Positions 45,610 to 54,384 of a DNA stretch of 64,000 nt are shown one piece after another. Numbering within the stretch: position 1 is the stretch's first letter; every line of letters begins with the position of its first letter. This DNA comes from an uncultured delta proteobacterium (GTDB lineage: Bacteria; Desulfobacterota; Binatia; Binatales; Binataceae). Both the position numbers and the translations under genes were made by a program. Under the pieces are notes generated by a model. That model made no database searches. It saw only the letters and a list, made by a program, of their open reading frames with translations, and was not told the DNA's origin. The stretch is from positions 736,001 to 800,000 of the forward strand of contig CAVRVY010000004.1 of the NCBI GenBank assembly GCA_963724765.1. The letters run 5' to 3'.

Positions 45610-46896
45610 CTAGAACGGATAGTTGATTCCCGAAAAAACTGCTGCGCCCTCGCCGCCCCAGCCGACGTCGACGTAGCCGACCACGAACGGCTCGGCGATC
45701 CCGCGAAAGCCCATCCCGCCCACCGGATGCAGGTCGGTGACGAAGTCGTCGCCCGGGTTGTGGAAGACGCGGCCGACGTCGAAAAACGGGGCCAGCTCCA
45801 GGATGCCGTGGGTATTGAAAATATCGGTTTCCCACACCCGCGAGCGCATCTCGACATTGATGTCGAAGAGGTTGTTATCGACGAACCGCCCGGCGCCATA
45901 GCCGCGCAGTGTCTGCTGGTTCATCAGCAGGCTCGATTCTCCGCCCAGCCGCGCCATCGACCAGAACGGAACCTCGTCACCGGCCGGCATGTATTGCAGA
46001 TAACCATGCGTAGCGAGCGTGATCTTGGGGCCGATCGGGAAGTAATGATGGATGTCGGCGCCGAAGCGGGTATACGAAACCGAACTCAAGAACCTGCGAT
46101 CGGCGATCGAGGCGTAAATCAGTTCGTAGCCGCCCTCGGTGGGGAGGTCGACCGAGTCGCGGGTGTCGTAGCTGGTCTGAATCTGGTTGAGCACTTCGGT
46201 GCCGCCGCTAAGCCCCTTGACGTTGGGAAACTCCTTGAAGATGCTCGGAATCGATTCGAAAGCGCCGTTGAAAATCCGCACATAGCGCGGCCGCTCGACC
46301 AGCGCGACCTGCAGGCGCGGCGTGATGTTGTAGCCGAGCGTCCCTTGGAAGTAGAGCTGCTCGGTCGTGTAGTTGCTCTCGTTGCCCTCGGAGGAATTGT
46401 TGCCGATTCCGAAGAAGCGCTCGGTCGGATCGCGCTCGAAGAAGAAGTGTAGCTCCAAGGAGAAATCGCTCTGATGGGTGCGGCCGGTCGCGTAATCCAA
46501 ATCAACGTGGCGCGCGATCTTTTCCTCGAACCCGGCGATCACATAGTACTGCGTGTCCGACGAAGGATACCCGAGATAGCGAAACGTGCCGCCGGGCCCC
46601 AGGGTCGGGTTGCTGATAATGTCGGGCGCCAGGATATTGTTGATCTCGCCCTGCTTGTCGGTGAACAGCATCGCGGCCAGCACCCCGTAGGTCACGCCGG
46701 AATTGGGGTCGGTCTCGATCTCCGGCACCGGCACGAGGGTGAAGGGCCAGTTATGCGGGTTGAGCACGGTCGGCCAGGTGTTCGGATTCAGATAGCCGGG
46801 CCAGCTATCGGGATTGAGCAAAGTGAAGGCGCGCGCCGGCAGGGCGCACAGCACCCACGACATCGACATCAGCACTATTACGAACAGTTTCTTCAT
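45610..46896 (-). CDS. BamA/TamA (Omp85-superfamily) outer-membrane beta-barrel without apparent POTRA domains
   Basis: Signal peptide MKKLF..ARA-F, YDTRDS..PTxG, LRGYGAGRF (VRGY/F-like motif), FFDVGRV and C-terminal YPF. Confidence 0.8.
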   Translation of the reverse strand: MKKLFVIVLMSMSWVLCALPARAFTLLNPDSWPGYLNPNTWPTVLNPHNWPFTLVPVPEIETDPNSGVTYGVLAAMLFTDKQGEINNILAPDIISNPTLGPGGTFRYLGYPSSDTQYYVIAGFEEKIARHVDLDYATGRTHQSDFSLELHFFFERDPTERFFGIGNNSSEGNESNYTTEQLYFQGTLGYNITPRLQVALVERPRYVRIFNGAFESIPSIFKEFPNVKGLSGGTEVLNQIQTSYDTRDSVDLPTEGGYELIYASIADRRFLSSVSYTRFGADIHHYFPIGPKITLATHGYLQYMPAGDEVPFWSMARLGGESSLLMNQQTLRGYGAGRFVDNNLFDINVEMRSRVWETDIFNTHGILELAPFFDVGRVFHNPGDDFVTDLHPVGGMGFRGIAEPFVVGYVDVGWGGEGAAVFSGINYPF

Positions 46897-47151
46897 CGAT
46901 CGTTGATACGGATAAACACCTACAGCCAAGTCTTATGGCCTAACAACGTGACAGGCATTGCCACTTCGATCAACTATCAATTACTCCGCCATTTCCGCCC
47001 TCGCCTAAAATGTGCAAGGATTCCCGCAGGGCAAGCCCCGGGGTCATTATGCGACCCGGTCTGCGCACGGTTTGGGTGAGCCGCCCGCCAGGGCGGCGCG
47101 CCCCCATCCCGGCGCCACGGGCGGCCGAAATTTGCCAGGGAGGTTCTGCTG

Positions 47152-48843
47152 ATGCCTAAAGTCGACGGCGGTGAATTGGTTGCTCGCGTGATGCGGGAGA
47201 ACAGGGCGCGGTACTGCTTTTCCATCAATGGCGGGCATCTGTTCCCGATCCTCGCCCAGCTACGCGCCAACGAAATCAAGCTTATCCACATGCGTCACGA
47301 GCAGGCGACCGCCTACGCCGCCGATGCCTATGCGCGGATGACCGGGGAAGCCGGGGTATGCATGGTTACCGCCGGATGCGGGCTGACCAACGCGATGACC
47401 GGGCTATGCCTGGCCGCGATGACCAACAGCGCCGTAGTCTGCGTCTCGGGCCAGCATCCGAATACCGAGGACCATCAGGGTTCCTTCCAGGAGGCCTACG
47501 GCTCCGAGATGCTGAGCAGCTTCGCCAAATACACCAAGCGCGTGACCGACTGGAGCACGATCGAATTCGACATGCGCCTGGCCTTTCGCGAGGCGATCAC
47601 GCCGCCGCAGGGCGTGGCGCTGGTCGAGATTCCGCAGAACATCCTCTATGCCCATGACGAGGACAAGCGGCAGAGTCCCGGCGGAATGCGTTTCACGGTT
47701 GACGACGTCCGCTCGGCCGGCGACCCGACCAAGATCGACCGCGCGCTGGAGTTGCTGGTGGCGGCCGAACGCCCGCTGATTGCGGGCGGTGACGGACTCT
47801 TCTGGTCGCAGGCCGGCCCCGAGCTGCGCGAGTTCGTCGAGCTTACCTCGATTCCCGTCTACGCGCGGCGCGCCGGCCAGGGCTCGGTATCCGAGGAACA
47901 TCCGTTGGCGGTTCGCGGCGCCTTCAAGAAGCCCTTCACCGGACGCGCCGACGTCGTGCTCACGCTGGGCTTCCGTTTCTGGAGCGGCGAGCACTTCGGG
48001 CGCCCCAAGACCTGGAACGACAAGGCTAAATACATCCAGGTCGACCCGACCCCGAGCCGCATCGGATGGCAGGTGCCGGCGGAAGTTCCGCTGGTCGGCG
48101 ATCCCAAGCTCGTGCTGCGCCAGATGATCAACCGGATAAAGGAACTCAAGCTCGACTTCTCCAGGAATCGCGGCTCGCAGTGGATCAAGGAGCTGGCCGA
48201 GGTCCGTTCCAACTTCGAGCACCAGGTAATCGAGAACGCCAAGAAGTTTCACGCAAACCGTCCGATTCATCCGGCGCGGCTCGCCCGCGACCTGGTCTCG
48301 GTGCTCGACAAGAATTGCACCGTCGTGATCGACAGCTTCACGCTCTCGGGATGGATGAGCCAGAACTTCATCTGCCGCTTCCCGGGCCAGGTGATCGACG
48401 CCGGACCGCTGGCGCCGGTGGGCCACGGCTTCGGGATGGGAATCGGGGCGCAGCTCGCGCGGCCCGGCGCGCAAGTCGTGATGGTGATGGGCGACGGCGG
48501 CCTGGGCATCGGCGGCTGGGACATGGAGACGGCGGCGCGCTACAAGTTGCCGATCGTGTGTCTGCTGTGGAACAACAGTTCGTGGGGGCCGAGCTTCGAG
48601 TCGATGCCGCTGCTGAAGGATCGCACTGACCCGTTCAACATGCTCCAGGACATCCGCTACGACAAGATTTTCGCCGAGATGGGATGCCATGGCGAGAACG
48701 TCACGGACCCCGACCAGATAATCCCGGCGCTCGATCGCGCGTTCAAATCGGGCAAGCCGGCACTGGTCAACGTGATCGGCGACAAGACCGTCGGCCATCC
48801 CACGCTCGGCGGCAACCTGCTCGGATCGACCGGCACAAACTGA
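47152..48843 (+). CDS. thiamine diphosphate-dependent enzyme (2-hydroxyacyl-CoA lyase / oxalyl-CoA decarboxylase / ALS-like)
   Basis: GGH, RHEQ..YAADAYAR and the ThDP-binding GDGG...WNN motif; GGAGG RBS. Confidence 0.9.
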   Translation: MPKVDGGELVARVMRENRARYCFSINGGHLFPILAQLRANEIKLIHMRHEQATAYAADAYARMTGEAGVCMVTAGCGLTNAMTGLCLAAMTNSAVVCVSGQHPNTEDHQGSFQEAYGSEMLSSFAKYTKRVTDWSTIEFDMRLAFREAITPPQGVALVEIPQNILYAHDEDKRQSPGGMRFTVDDVRSAGDPTKIDRALELLVAAERPLIAGGDGLFWSQAGPELREFVELTSIPVYARRAGQGSVSEEHPLAVRGAFKKPFTGRADVVLTLGFRFWSGEHFGRPKTWNDKAKYIQVDPTPSRIGWQVPAEVPLVGDPKLVLRQMINRIKELKLDFSRNRGSQWIKELAEVRSNFEHQVIENAKKFHANRPIHPARLARDLVSVLDKNCTVVIDSFTLSGWMSQNFICRFPGQVIDAGPLAPVGHGFGMGIGAQLARPGAQVVMVMGDGGLGIGGWDMETAARYKLPIVCLLWNNSSWGPSFESMPLLKDRTDPFNMLQDIRYDKIFAEMGCHGENVTDPDQIIPALDRAFKSGKPALVNVIGDKTVGHPTLGGNLLGSTGTN

Positions 48844-48906
48844 CGTCGGCGAAACCGACGACTGGCCGCGCGCCGCGCGGTTTGCGGGCCTCGGCTGAGT
48901 GAACTC

Positions 48907-48948
48907 GATAGGGGCGGTGGGACCACGGTCTCATCGCCCCTTATCTTT
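48907..48948 (+). terminator. probable intrinsic terminator
   Basis: gataggggcggtgggacc-ac-ggtctcatcgccccttatc-ttt. Confidence 0.55.
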
Positions 48949-49011
48949 GACGCGCGGTGAAGGGACGCGGGACGCTTTCTCTCGCGCGCGGACCGTGTAA
49001 GCTTGGAAACG

Positions 49012-49572
49012 ATGGTTGCCCAGCCTCTGCGTCGAGCGCTTCGCCTCGCGGCCGGGATGGCCGTGCTGATCCTGCCGGTCTCGCTTGGGCTCGCTCTGAC
49101 CGGATGCAAACTCACGGACGCGAATAAGGTCGCGGCCGTTCCGAAGAGCTGCCCCGATGGCGCCGAGCTCAAGGGCTCGCCACCGCCCAACGGCACGGAA
49201 ATCTGGTGCGAGAAGGATGTCGGCGGAATACCGGTCAAGGACGGCGCCTTCGTCGTCTACAACCTAAGCGGCAGCAGAATGATCGAGGGCAACTACCACG
49301 AGGGCAAACAGTCGGGCGAATGGACGATGTGGCACGCGAACGGCCAGCGCGCCTCGGTCGACCACTACACCGACGGCGTGCAGAACGGCTTGCACATCAG
49401 CTGGTACGCCAACGGCTCCAGAGCGATCGAGGGTGAATACCGCGACGGCAAACGCGAAGGCGTGTGGCATCGATGGGATCCCAACGGGTTCAAACAATGG
49501 ACCGACGTCTACAAAGACAACGAAAAGATCTCGGGTGATGTCAGCGATGGCCCCAAGACCAAGATTCCTTAA
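49012..49572 (+). CDS. MORN-variant repeat lipoprotein (YwqK-like)
   Basis: Lipobox LTGC and repeated EGxYxxGKxxGxWxxWxxNG units. Confidence 0.8.
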   Translation: MVAQPLRRALRLAAGMAVLILPVSLGLALTGCKLTDANKVAAVPKSCPDGAELKGSPPPNGTEIWCEKDVGGIPVKDGAFVVYNLSGSRMIEGNYHEGKQSGEWTMWHANGQRASVDHYTDGVQNGLHISWYANGSRAIEGEYRDGKREGVWHRWDPNGFKQWTDVYKDNEKISGDVSDGPKTKIP

Positions 49573-49756
49573 ACCAGGATTCCCCTACCGCGTAACGCCG
49601 ATTCCCGCCGCCACATCGCGGCACGCCGGTTAAAAGAGGCGAGCAACTAGTGCGGTGAGTCTCAAGTTCGTTAAATACAATTCTCCGTCGATAGCCGTTC
49701 GTTGGACCTTTCTGTCCTGGCCTCTTGGGTCATCCTGAGCGAAGCGACTGTGAGCA

Positions 49757-51409
49757 TCATTCCATCGACGATTGCGACGCTTCGATCGCGGCGAACGGTA
49801 TCTGCTCGGCCGCAAGCGCGCTCACGTAGTATGCCTCCGGCGCGCCCCACACCAGCGCCGGCTCCGCGCGATTGCCGACGCCGATCGGATGCGCGAAGAC
49901 CTGCTCGATGTTGGCGTTGATCCGGAGCGCGTTGGGCGCGAGCGGCGCGGCCAGCACGCCATTGCGAATCAGGTAGGAGTCGCCGCTCACCGTGCAGGTG
50001 AAGTCACCCGCGCGCTGCCCGTTTATCGGATAGGTGTACCAGACCCTGCCGACGTAGAGGCCCTCGCCCACCGCGCGAATCAGCTCGCGCTCACTTTTTC
50101 CGCCGCGGGCGCGCATTACCACGTTGGTCGCGGCCGAGCCCGGATTCGCGTCGAAGCGGCGCACAGCGCTCTCGCCCAGGCGATATCCGCTGTTGGGCGG
50201 AAAGCTCGCCTGCTCGGCGCCGAGCGGCCCCAGCTTCTCGGCGCGATGCTCGTCGGTCGCCAGCCGATGACCGTCGTAGAAATTCGAAAGCAGCCCAACG
50301 AGCCGCCCGTCCCGAATCATTATCGTGCGGCGCGCCGGTAGCCCCTCACACGTAAGCCGGCGGCGAATCGCGCCGCGAGCGGCCGCGGGATCGTCGAGCA
50401 GGCTCACCCTCTGGTCCATCACCTGCGCACCGAAGCGTCCATGATAAGCCGTGCTGGCGGCGTAAAACGCGCCGGTAGAGAGCGACGGAATCACCATGTA
50501 GTTGAGTATTTCCGCGACCGGCTGCGGGCCGAACACCACGCGATACGTGCCACCCGGCGACCGTTCGCCGCCGCCCAGCGCGAGCGCACGCACGACCGCG
50601 TCGCGCCCGGCCCGCGCCGCCGCCGCGCGCATCCCGCCGAGCGTCGCGCCGAGCGCCGACGCGGTGCCCTTGGCGCCGAGCGATTCGATAAGCGCCGTCA
50701 CCGTGGAGGTGAAGTGCGCGCCGGTCTCGGCCCGCACGTCGTCGAAGTTCGAACTCGCAAGCGCCATCCGGTCGCGCATGATCGAGACGTCGCCGCCCAG
50801 CACCAGGCCGGGCGCCGGCGTCTCGATCATGCGCGCCGCCGCCGGCGGCATGGTGAAAGCCTCGAGCGCACCGCCGACGATTTGCCATGCAGCCTCGACC
50901 AGCGCGGCGTCGCCCGCGCGCATCAGGCCGCCTGCCGATGCGTCGGCCGCACCGGCCGAACGGGCCCCACCTGGCGCGAGCTTGCGCGGTTTGCCGGGCA
51001 ACCCGGAAAACTGCGGCGTCCCGGGTAACCCGGGAAAATGTGGCGTCCCGGGTAACCCGGGAAAATGTGGCGTCCCGGGTAACCCGGGAAAATGCGGATC
51101 GACCAGCGCCGCGCTGCGTGCGCGAACAAGCGCCGCCCGCAGCGCTTCCAGGCTCAAGTCAGCGGCCTCGGTCGCGGTCCCGACCTCGCGTGCATCGCGG
51201 CGCATCACGATTCTGAGCGTGAAGCCGTCGGCCACGTGCGACTTCAACTCCTCGACACCGCGAGAGGCAATGTCTGAGGTATAGGCGAGACGCGCGACGC
51301 GATGCTCGGCCGAGGCGCAATAGACCTCGAACTCCGCGAGATCGCGCTCGCGCGCGAGCATCGCACGCGCCTCGCGTACGAAGTTTTTCAGTTCCGCCGC
51401 CGCACGCAT
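49757..51409 (-). CDS. pmbA: TldE/PmbA family protein (non-catalytic partner of TldD)
   Basis: EGLPARR..IRDGRL, GDFT..G.SYLIRNG; no HExxxH motif; directly downstream of tldD. Confidence 0.78.
   Translation of the reverse strand: MRAAAELKNFVREARAMLARERDLAEFEVYCASAEHRVARLAYTSDIASRGVEELKSHVADGFTLRIVMRRDAREVGTATEAADLSLEALRAALVRARSAALVDPHFPGLPGTPHFPGLPGTPHFPGLPGTPQFSGLPGKPRKLAPGGARSAGAADASAGGLMRAGDAALVEAAWQIVGGALEAFTMPPAAARMIETPAPGLVLGGDVSIMRDRMALASSNFDDVRAETGAHFTSTVTALIESLGAKGTASALGATLGGMRAAAARAGRDAVVRALALGGGERSPGGTYRVVFGPQPVAEILNYMVIPSLSTGAFYAASTAYHGRFGAQVMDQRVSLLDDPAAARGAIRRRLTCEGLPARRTIMIRDGRLVGLLSNFYDGHRLATDEHRAEKLGPLGAEQASFPPNSGYRLGESAVRRFDANPGSAATNVVMRARGGKSERELIRAVGEGLYVGRVWYTYPINGQRAGDFTCTVSGDSYLIRNGVLAAPLAPNALRINANIEQVFAHPIGVGNRAEPALVWGAPEAYYVSALAAEQIPFAAIEASQSSME
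50988..51095. repeat. 27-bp in-frame tandem repeat (3 near-identical units plus 1 degenerate) in tldE
   Basis: ggcgtcccgggtaacccgggaaaatgy at 51015, 51042 and 51069, with a degenerate copy at 50988; encodes PHFPGLPGT repeats. Confidence 0.9.
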
Positions 51410-51427
51410 CGCCGCCTCATTTCGCGC

Positions 51428-53023
51428 TCATCCACCGCCGAGCCGCGCCCGCGAGCGCATCGTCGGCCCGCCGTTGGACATCCGCTTGACCTGCATCGGC
51501 TGCCCCTTGCCGCAGTTGGGGATCGCGATCAAGCGCAGATCGTTGCCGACCGCGTCGACGTGCAGGAAGAACTGCTTGGAATCGGCAATCACGCTCCCCG
51601 CGCGGTAGAGCCGGCCCACTCGGCCGTGGTCGATTTCGTAGACCCGGCGCGCCGAGATGCGGAAGTTCTCGCGCGATTCCGCGATCGACGGGACCGCGCT
51701 GCCGCAAATGTAGTAGCCGTGCTCGACGTCGGCGATGATCTGTTGCGGATCGCTCTCTCCGGCCATCAGGAAGGTGTTCGACATCCGGATGAGCGGGAAG
51801 TAAAAGACTTCGCTCGCGCGCGCCGATCCGTTGGGCTCGACGCCGAGCACGGCGGCCGTGTCACGCGAGTTGAGAAAGCCGCGAAAGACTCCCTTTTCGA
51901 CGTGCGTCACGCGCCGCGCGCGCGTCCCCTCATGGTCGTAGCGGTAATGGCCGTAGCCGTCGAGGCTGGGGTCGGAGCAGGCGCTCATCAGCGGCGAGCC
52001 GACCTGGCGGCCGACCTCGTTGTCCTGGAGCGAGCGCAAAAACCAGCTCCGTCCCGCGTACGCCGCCTCCATCTTGAGCGCGCGGTCGGCCTCGCTAGGA
52101 TGGCCGATGATCTCGTGCGAGACCAGCGCGTTGAAATGCGGGTCGGTGACCACCGTGACTTCGGCGTCGGGCGGTTTGAGCACCGGCGCCGCGGCCAGTT
52201 CGCGCGCCTCGCCTGCAAGCTCGAGCGCGAACGTGAGCAGGTCCGGATTCGGCATCAGCTCGCCGCGCCATCCGTCGCAGAGGCACTCCAGGCCGCGCTG
52301 CTGCCCGATCGTGTCGTATATTTCCTGATGGCCGTCGCCGTTTTGCGCCACGATGTAGCAGTCGCCCTGCGAAAACGCGAAGCCCTGGCTGATGAGGGTA
52401 CCCTCGCTGCTGATGAACAGTTCTTCGCGCAGCTCGCTCAGCGCCGCGACCGCGTTGAACGCGATTTCCGGGCCGAGCCCAGCCACGCGGGCCGAGGCCT
52501 CGCGGCATAAACGCTTGAGATCGCCGGGGTCGAGCGTGCGCGGGTCGCGCTTGTAGACGGCCGCGACCTCGTCGTGCACCGCGGCGCGCGGCGCCGGCGC
52601 CGCGCTCGCGAGGCTCCGCGCGCATCCGTAGATTCCCGAGCCTCCATTGAGCGCGCGGATCAGCGCGGCCTTCTCGCGCGCGCCAAGCCGCGCGCGCTCG
52701 TAGGCTTCGCCGAGACCCGCGCGGATGGCCGCGAGCAGCTGCGCCGGCCGCAGCGCAAGGCGGCCGACTTCGACTCCGGTCTGGCCGGTGCTGGAGGCGC
52801 CGGTGCGCTCGGTGACCCGCACGTTCACACTGAAGCCGGCGCTCTCGCCCTCGTGAGCCGATCGCGCCTCGCCGTCTGTCGCAGAGCTGGAACGGCTGAA
52901 CATCGCCTCGAAGCGCAAATCGGCGTAGACCGCACCGCGATGGCTGCGGATGAAGGCGCGCAGCAGATCGGGGCCCTCTTTCTTGAGCAGCCCGGCCGCG
53001 CCAAACAGATCCGTGGATTTCAT
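51428..53023 (-). CDS. tldD: TldD/PmbA family metalloprotease TldD
   Basis: HEIIGHPSExD, YDHEG, IRMSNT and NCGKGQP..GGP. Confidence 0.9.
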   Translation of the reverse strand: MKSTDLFGAAGLLKKEGPDLLRAFIRSHRGAVYADLRFEAMFSRSSSATDGEARSAHEGESAGFSVNVRVTERTGASSTGQTGVEVGRLALRPAQLLAAIRAGLGEAYERARLGAREKAALIRALNGGSGIYGCARSLASAAPAPRAAVHDEVAAVYKRDPRTLDPGDLKRLCREASARVAGLGPEIAFNAVAALSELREELFISSEGTLISQGFAFSQGDCYIVAQNGDGHQEIYDTIGQQRGLECLCDGWRGELMPNPDLLTFALELAGEARELAAAPVLKPPDAEVTVVTDPHFNALVSHEIIGHPSEADRALKMEAAYAGRSWFLRSLQDNEVGRQVGSPLMSACSDPSLDGYGHYRYDHEGTRARRVTHVEKGVFRGFLNSRDTAAVLGVEPNGSARASEVFYFPLIRMSNTFLMAGESDPQQIIADVEHGYYICGSAVPSIAESRENFRISARRVYEIDHGRVGRLYRAGSVIADSKQFFLHVDAVGNDLRLIAIPNCGKGQPMQVKRMSNGGPTMRSRARLGGG

Positions 53024-53073
53024 CGCCGGCGCATCAGGTTGGAAAAGAGCAGCGCGACAGCGAGAGCGAGGCC

Positions 53074-54273
53074 CTAGATTACGCCTTCCTCTTTGAGGCG
53101 TTCGACCTCGGCCGCGTCGAAGCCGAGATATTGAGCGAAGACTTCATTGTTGTGCTCGCCGAGCAGCGGCGCGCTCGTGACCTCGACCGGCGAATCCTCG
53201 AGTTTCACCGGGCATCCAGGCATCGTGAATTCGCCGCGCACCGGATGCTGCACGGTAACGATCATACCGCGCTCGCGCAGATGCGGGTCGTTGAGGAGCT
53301 CGACGCTGTCGAGCACTTTGCCGCAGGGCACGTCGGCCTCGCCCAGGATCCGCATCACTTCATGTTTGGTACGCTTCGTAGTCCACGCGTTGATCGCCGC
53401 GGTCAGTTCTTCGACGTGGTGAAGGCGCGAGCGGCGATCCTTGAAGCGCTCATCGACAGCCATTTCCGGCCGCCCGATCGCGGAGCACAGGTTGGTCCAC
53501 ATCTCGGGCGTCGTGCACAGGATATATACGTAGTCGTTGTCGCCGCCGGGGGCGCATGGATAAGTATCCGCTGGAGCGCCGGCGGAAATCCGGTTGCCCA
53601 TACGCGGGACCGGCTTGTGCGTGACGTACGTACCCATCATCGGCACGCGGCAGAAGTTGAGGATCGCGTCCTGCATCGAGAGCTCGACCTTCTGTCCCTT
53701 GCCGGTGCGCTCGCGCTGAATATACGCGGCCAGCAGGCCGATTGCCGCGTGCATCCCGGTGCCGGTATCGCCGATCGTCGGGCCGGGCTTCAGCGGCGGA
53801 GTCTCCGGCGTCCCGGTCAGCGCCATCGCGCCGCCCGAGGCCTGCGCGATCATGTCGAAGCTTTTGTATTTGCTGTAAGGGCCGTAAGTGCCGAAGCCTT
53901 TGATGGTCAGGTAGATGAGGCGCGGGTTGATCTCATGCAGCCGCTCCCATCCGAAGCCCCAGCTCTCCAGCGTGCCGAGCGAAAAATTCTCGGACAGGAT
54001 GTCGACCTTCTTTACCAATTCGATAAAAATTTTCTTGCCGCGCTCGTCCTTGAGGTTGAGCGTGATCGAGCGCTTGTTGGCGTTGAGCAGCATGAAGTAG
54101 TGCGAGTCGACGCCGGGCTTTTCGGTCAACTGCCAGCGCCCCTGCTCCCCCTTGCCCGGCGCTTCCAGCTTGATTACGTCCGCGCCCAGCCATGCCAGCA
54201 TTTCGGTGCATGAAGTGCCGGCCTCGAACTGCGTCAAGTCGAGGACCTTTACGCCTGCCAATGCCTTGTCCAT
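53074..54273 (-). CDS. class III CoA-transferase (CaiB/BaiF, formyl-CoA transferase-like)
   Basis: LDLTQFEAG, LGADVIK, NANKRSITLNLK, ENF, catalytic Asp region IGDTGTG and APLLGEHN; GGAGG RBS. Confidence 0.92.
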   Translation of the reverse strand: MDKALAGVKVLDLTQFEAGTSCTEMLAWLGADVIKLEAPGKGEQGRWQLTEKPGVDSHYFMLLNANKRSITLNLKDERGKKIFIELVKKVDILSENFSLGTLESWGFGWERLHEINPRLIYLTIKGFGTYGPYSKYKSFDMIAQASGGAMALTGTPETPPLKPGPTIGDTGTGMHAAIGLLAAYIQRERTGKGQKVELSMQDAILNFCRVPMMGTYVTHKPVPRMGNRISAGAPADTYPCAPGGDNDYVYILCTTPEMWTNLCSAIGRPEMAVDERFKDRRSRLHHVEELTAAINAWTTKRTKHEVMRILGEADVPCGKVLDSVELLNDPHLRERGMIVTVQHPVRGEFTMPGCPVKLEDSPVEVTSAPLLGEHNNEVFAQYLGFDAAEVERLKEEGVI

Positions 54274-54384
54274 CCGAGTCCTCCTCCTGTCGAGACCTCC
54301 TGCCGAGCCTCGGCGTGGGAGCTAATTGATCCGTTGTAGCGCCTCGGATTATCCCCGGCAAGCGCGGGATGAGCGAATCGCGTA

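Noticed and set aside
50988-51095. 27-bp palindromic repeats as a CRISPR array
   Set aside because: Units are contiguous with no spacers, lie in frame in tldE, and no cas genes are present.
52586-52605. 20-bp palindrome in tldD
   Set aside because: It is G/C-only with 10-bp arms, plausible by chance at this GC content, so not counted with the long hairpins.
49012-53023. RiPP or toxin-immunity cluster (TldD/E plus YwqK-like protein)
   Set aside because: No precursor peptide, YcaO/radical SAM enzyme, exporter or toxin gene is nearby; tldDE is commonly housekeeping.
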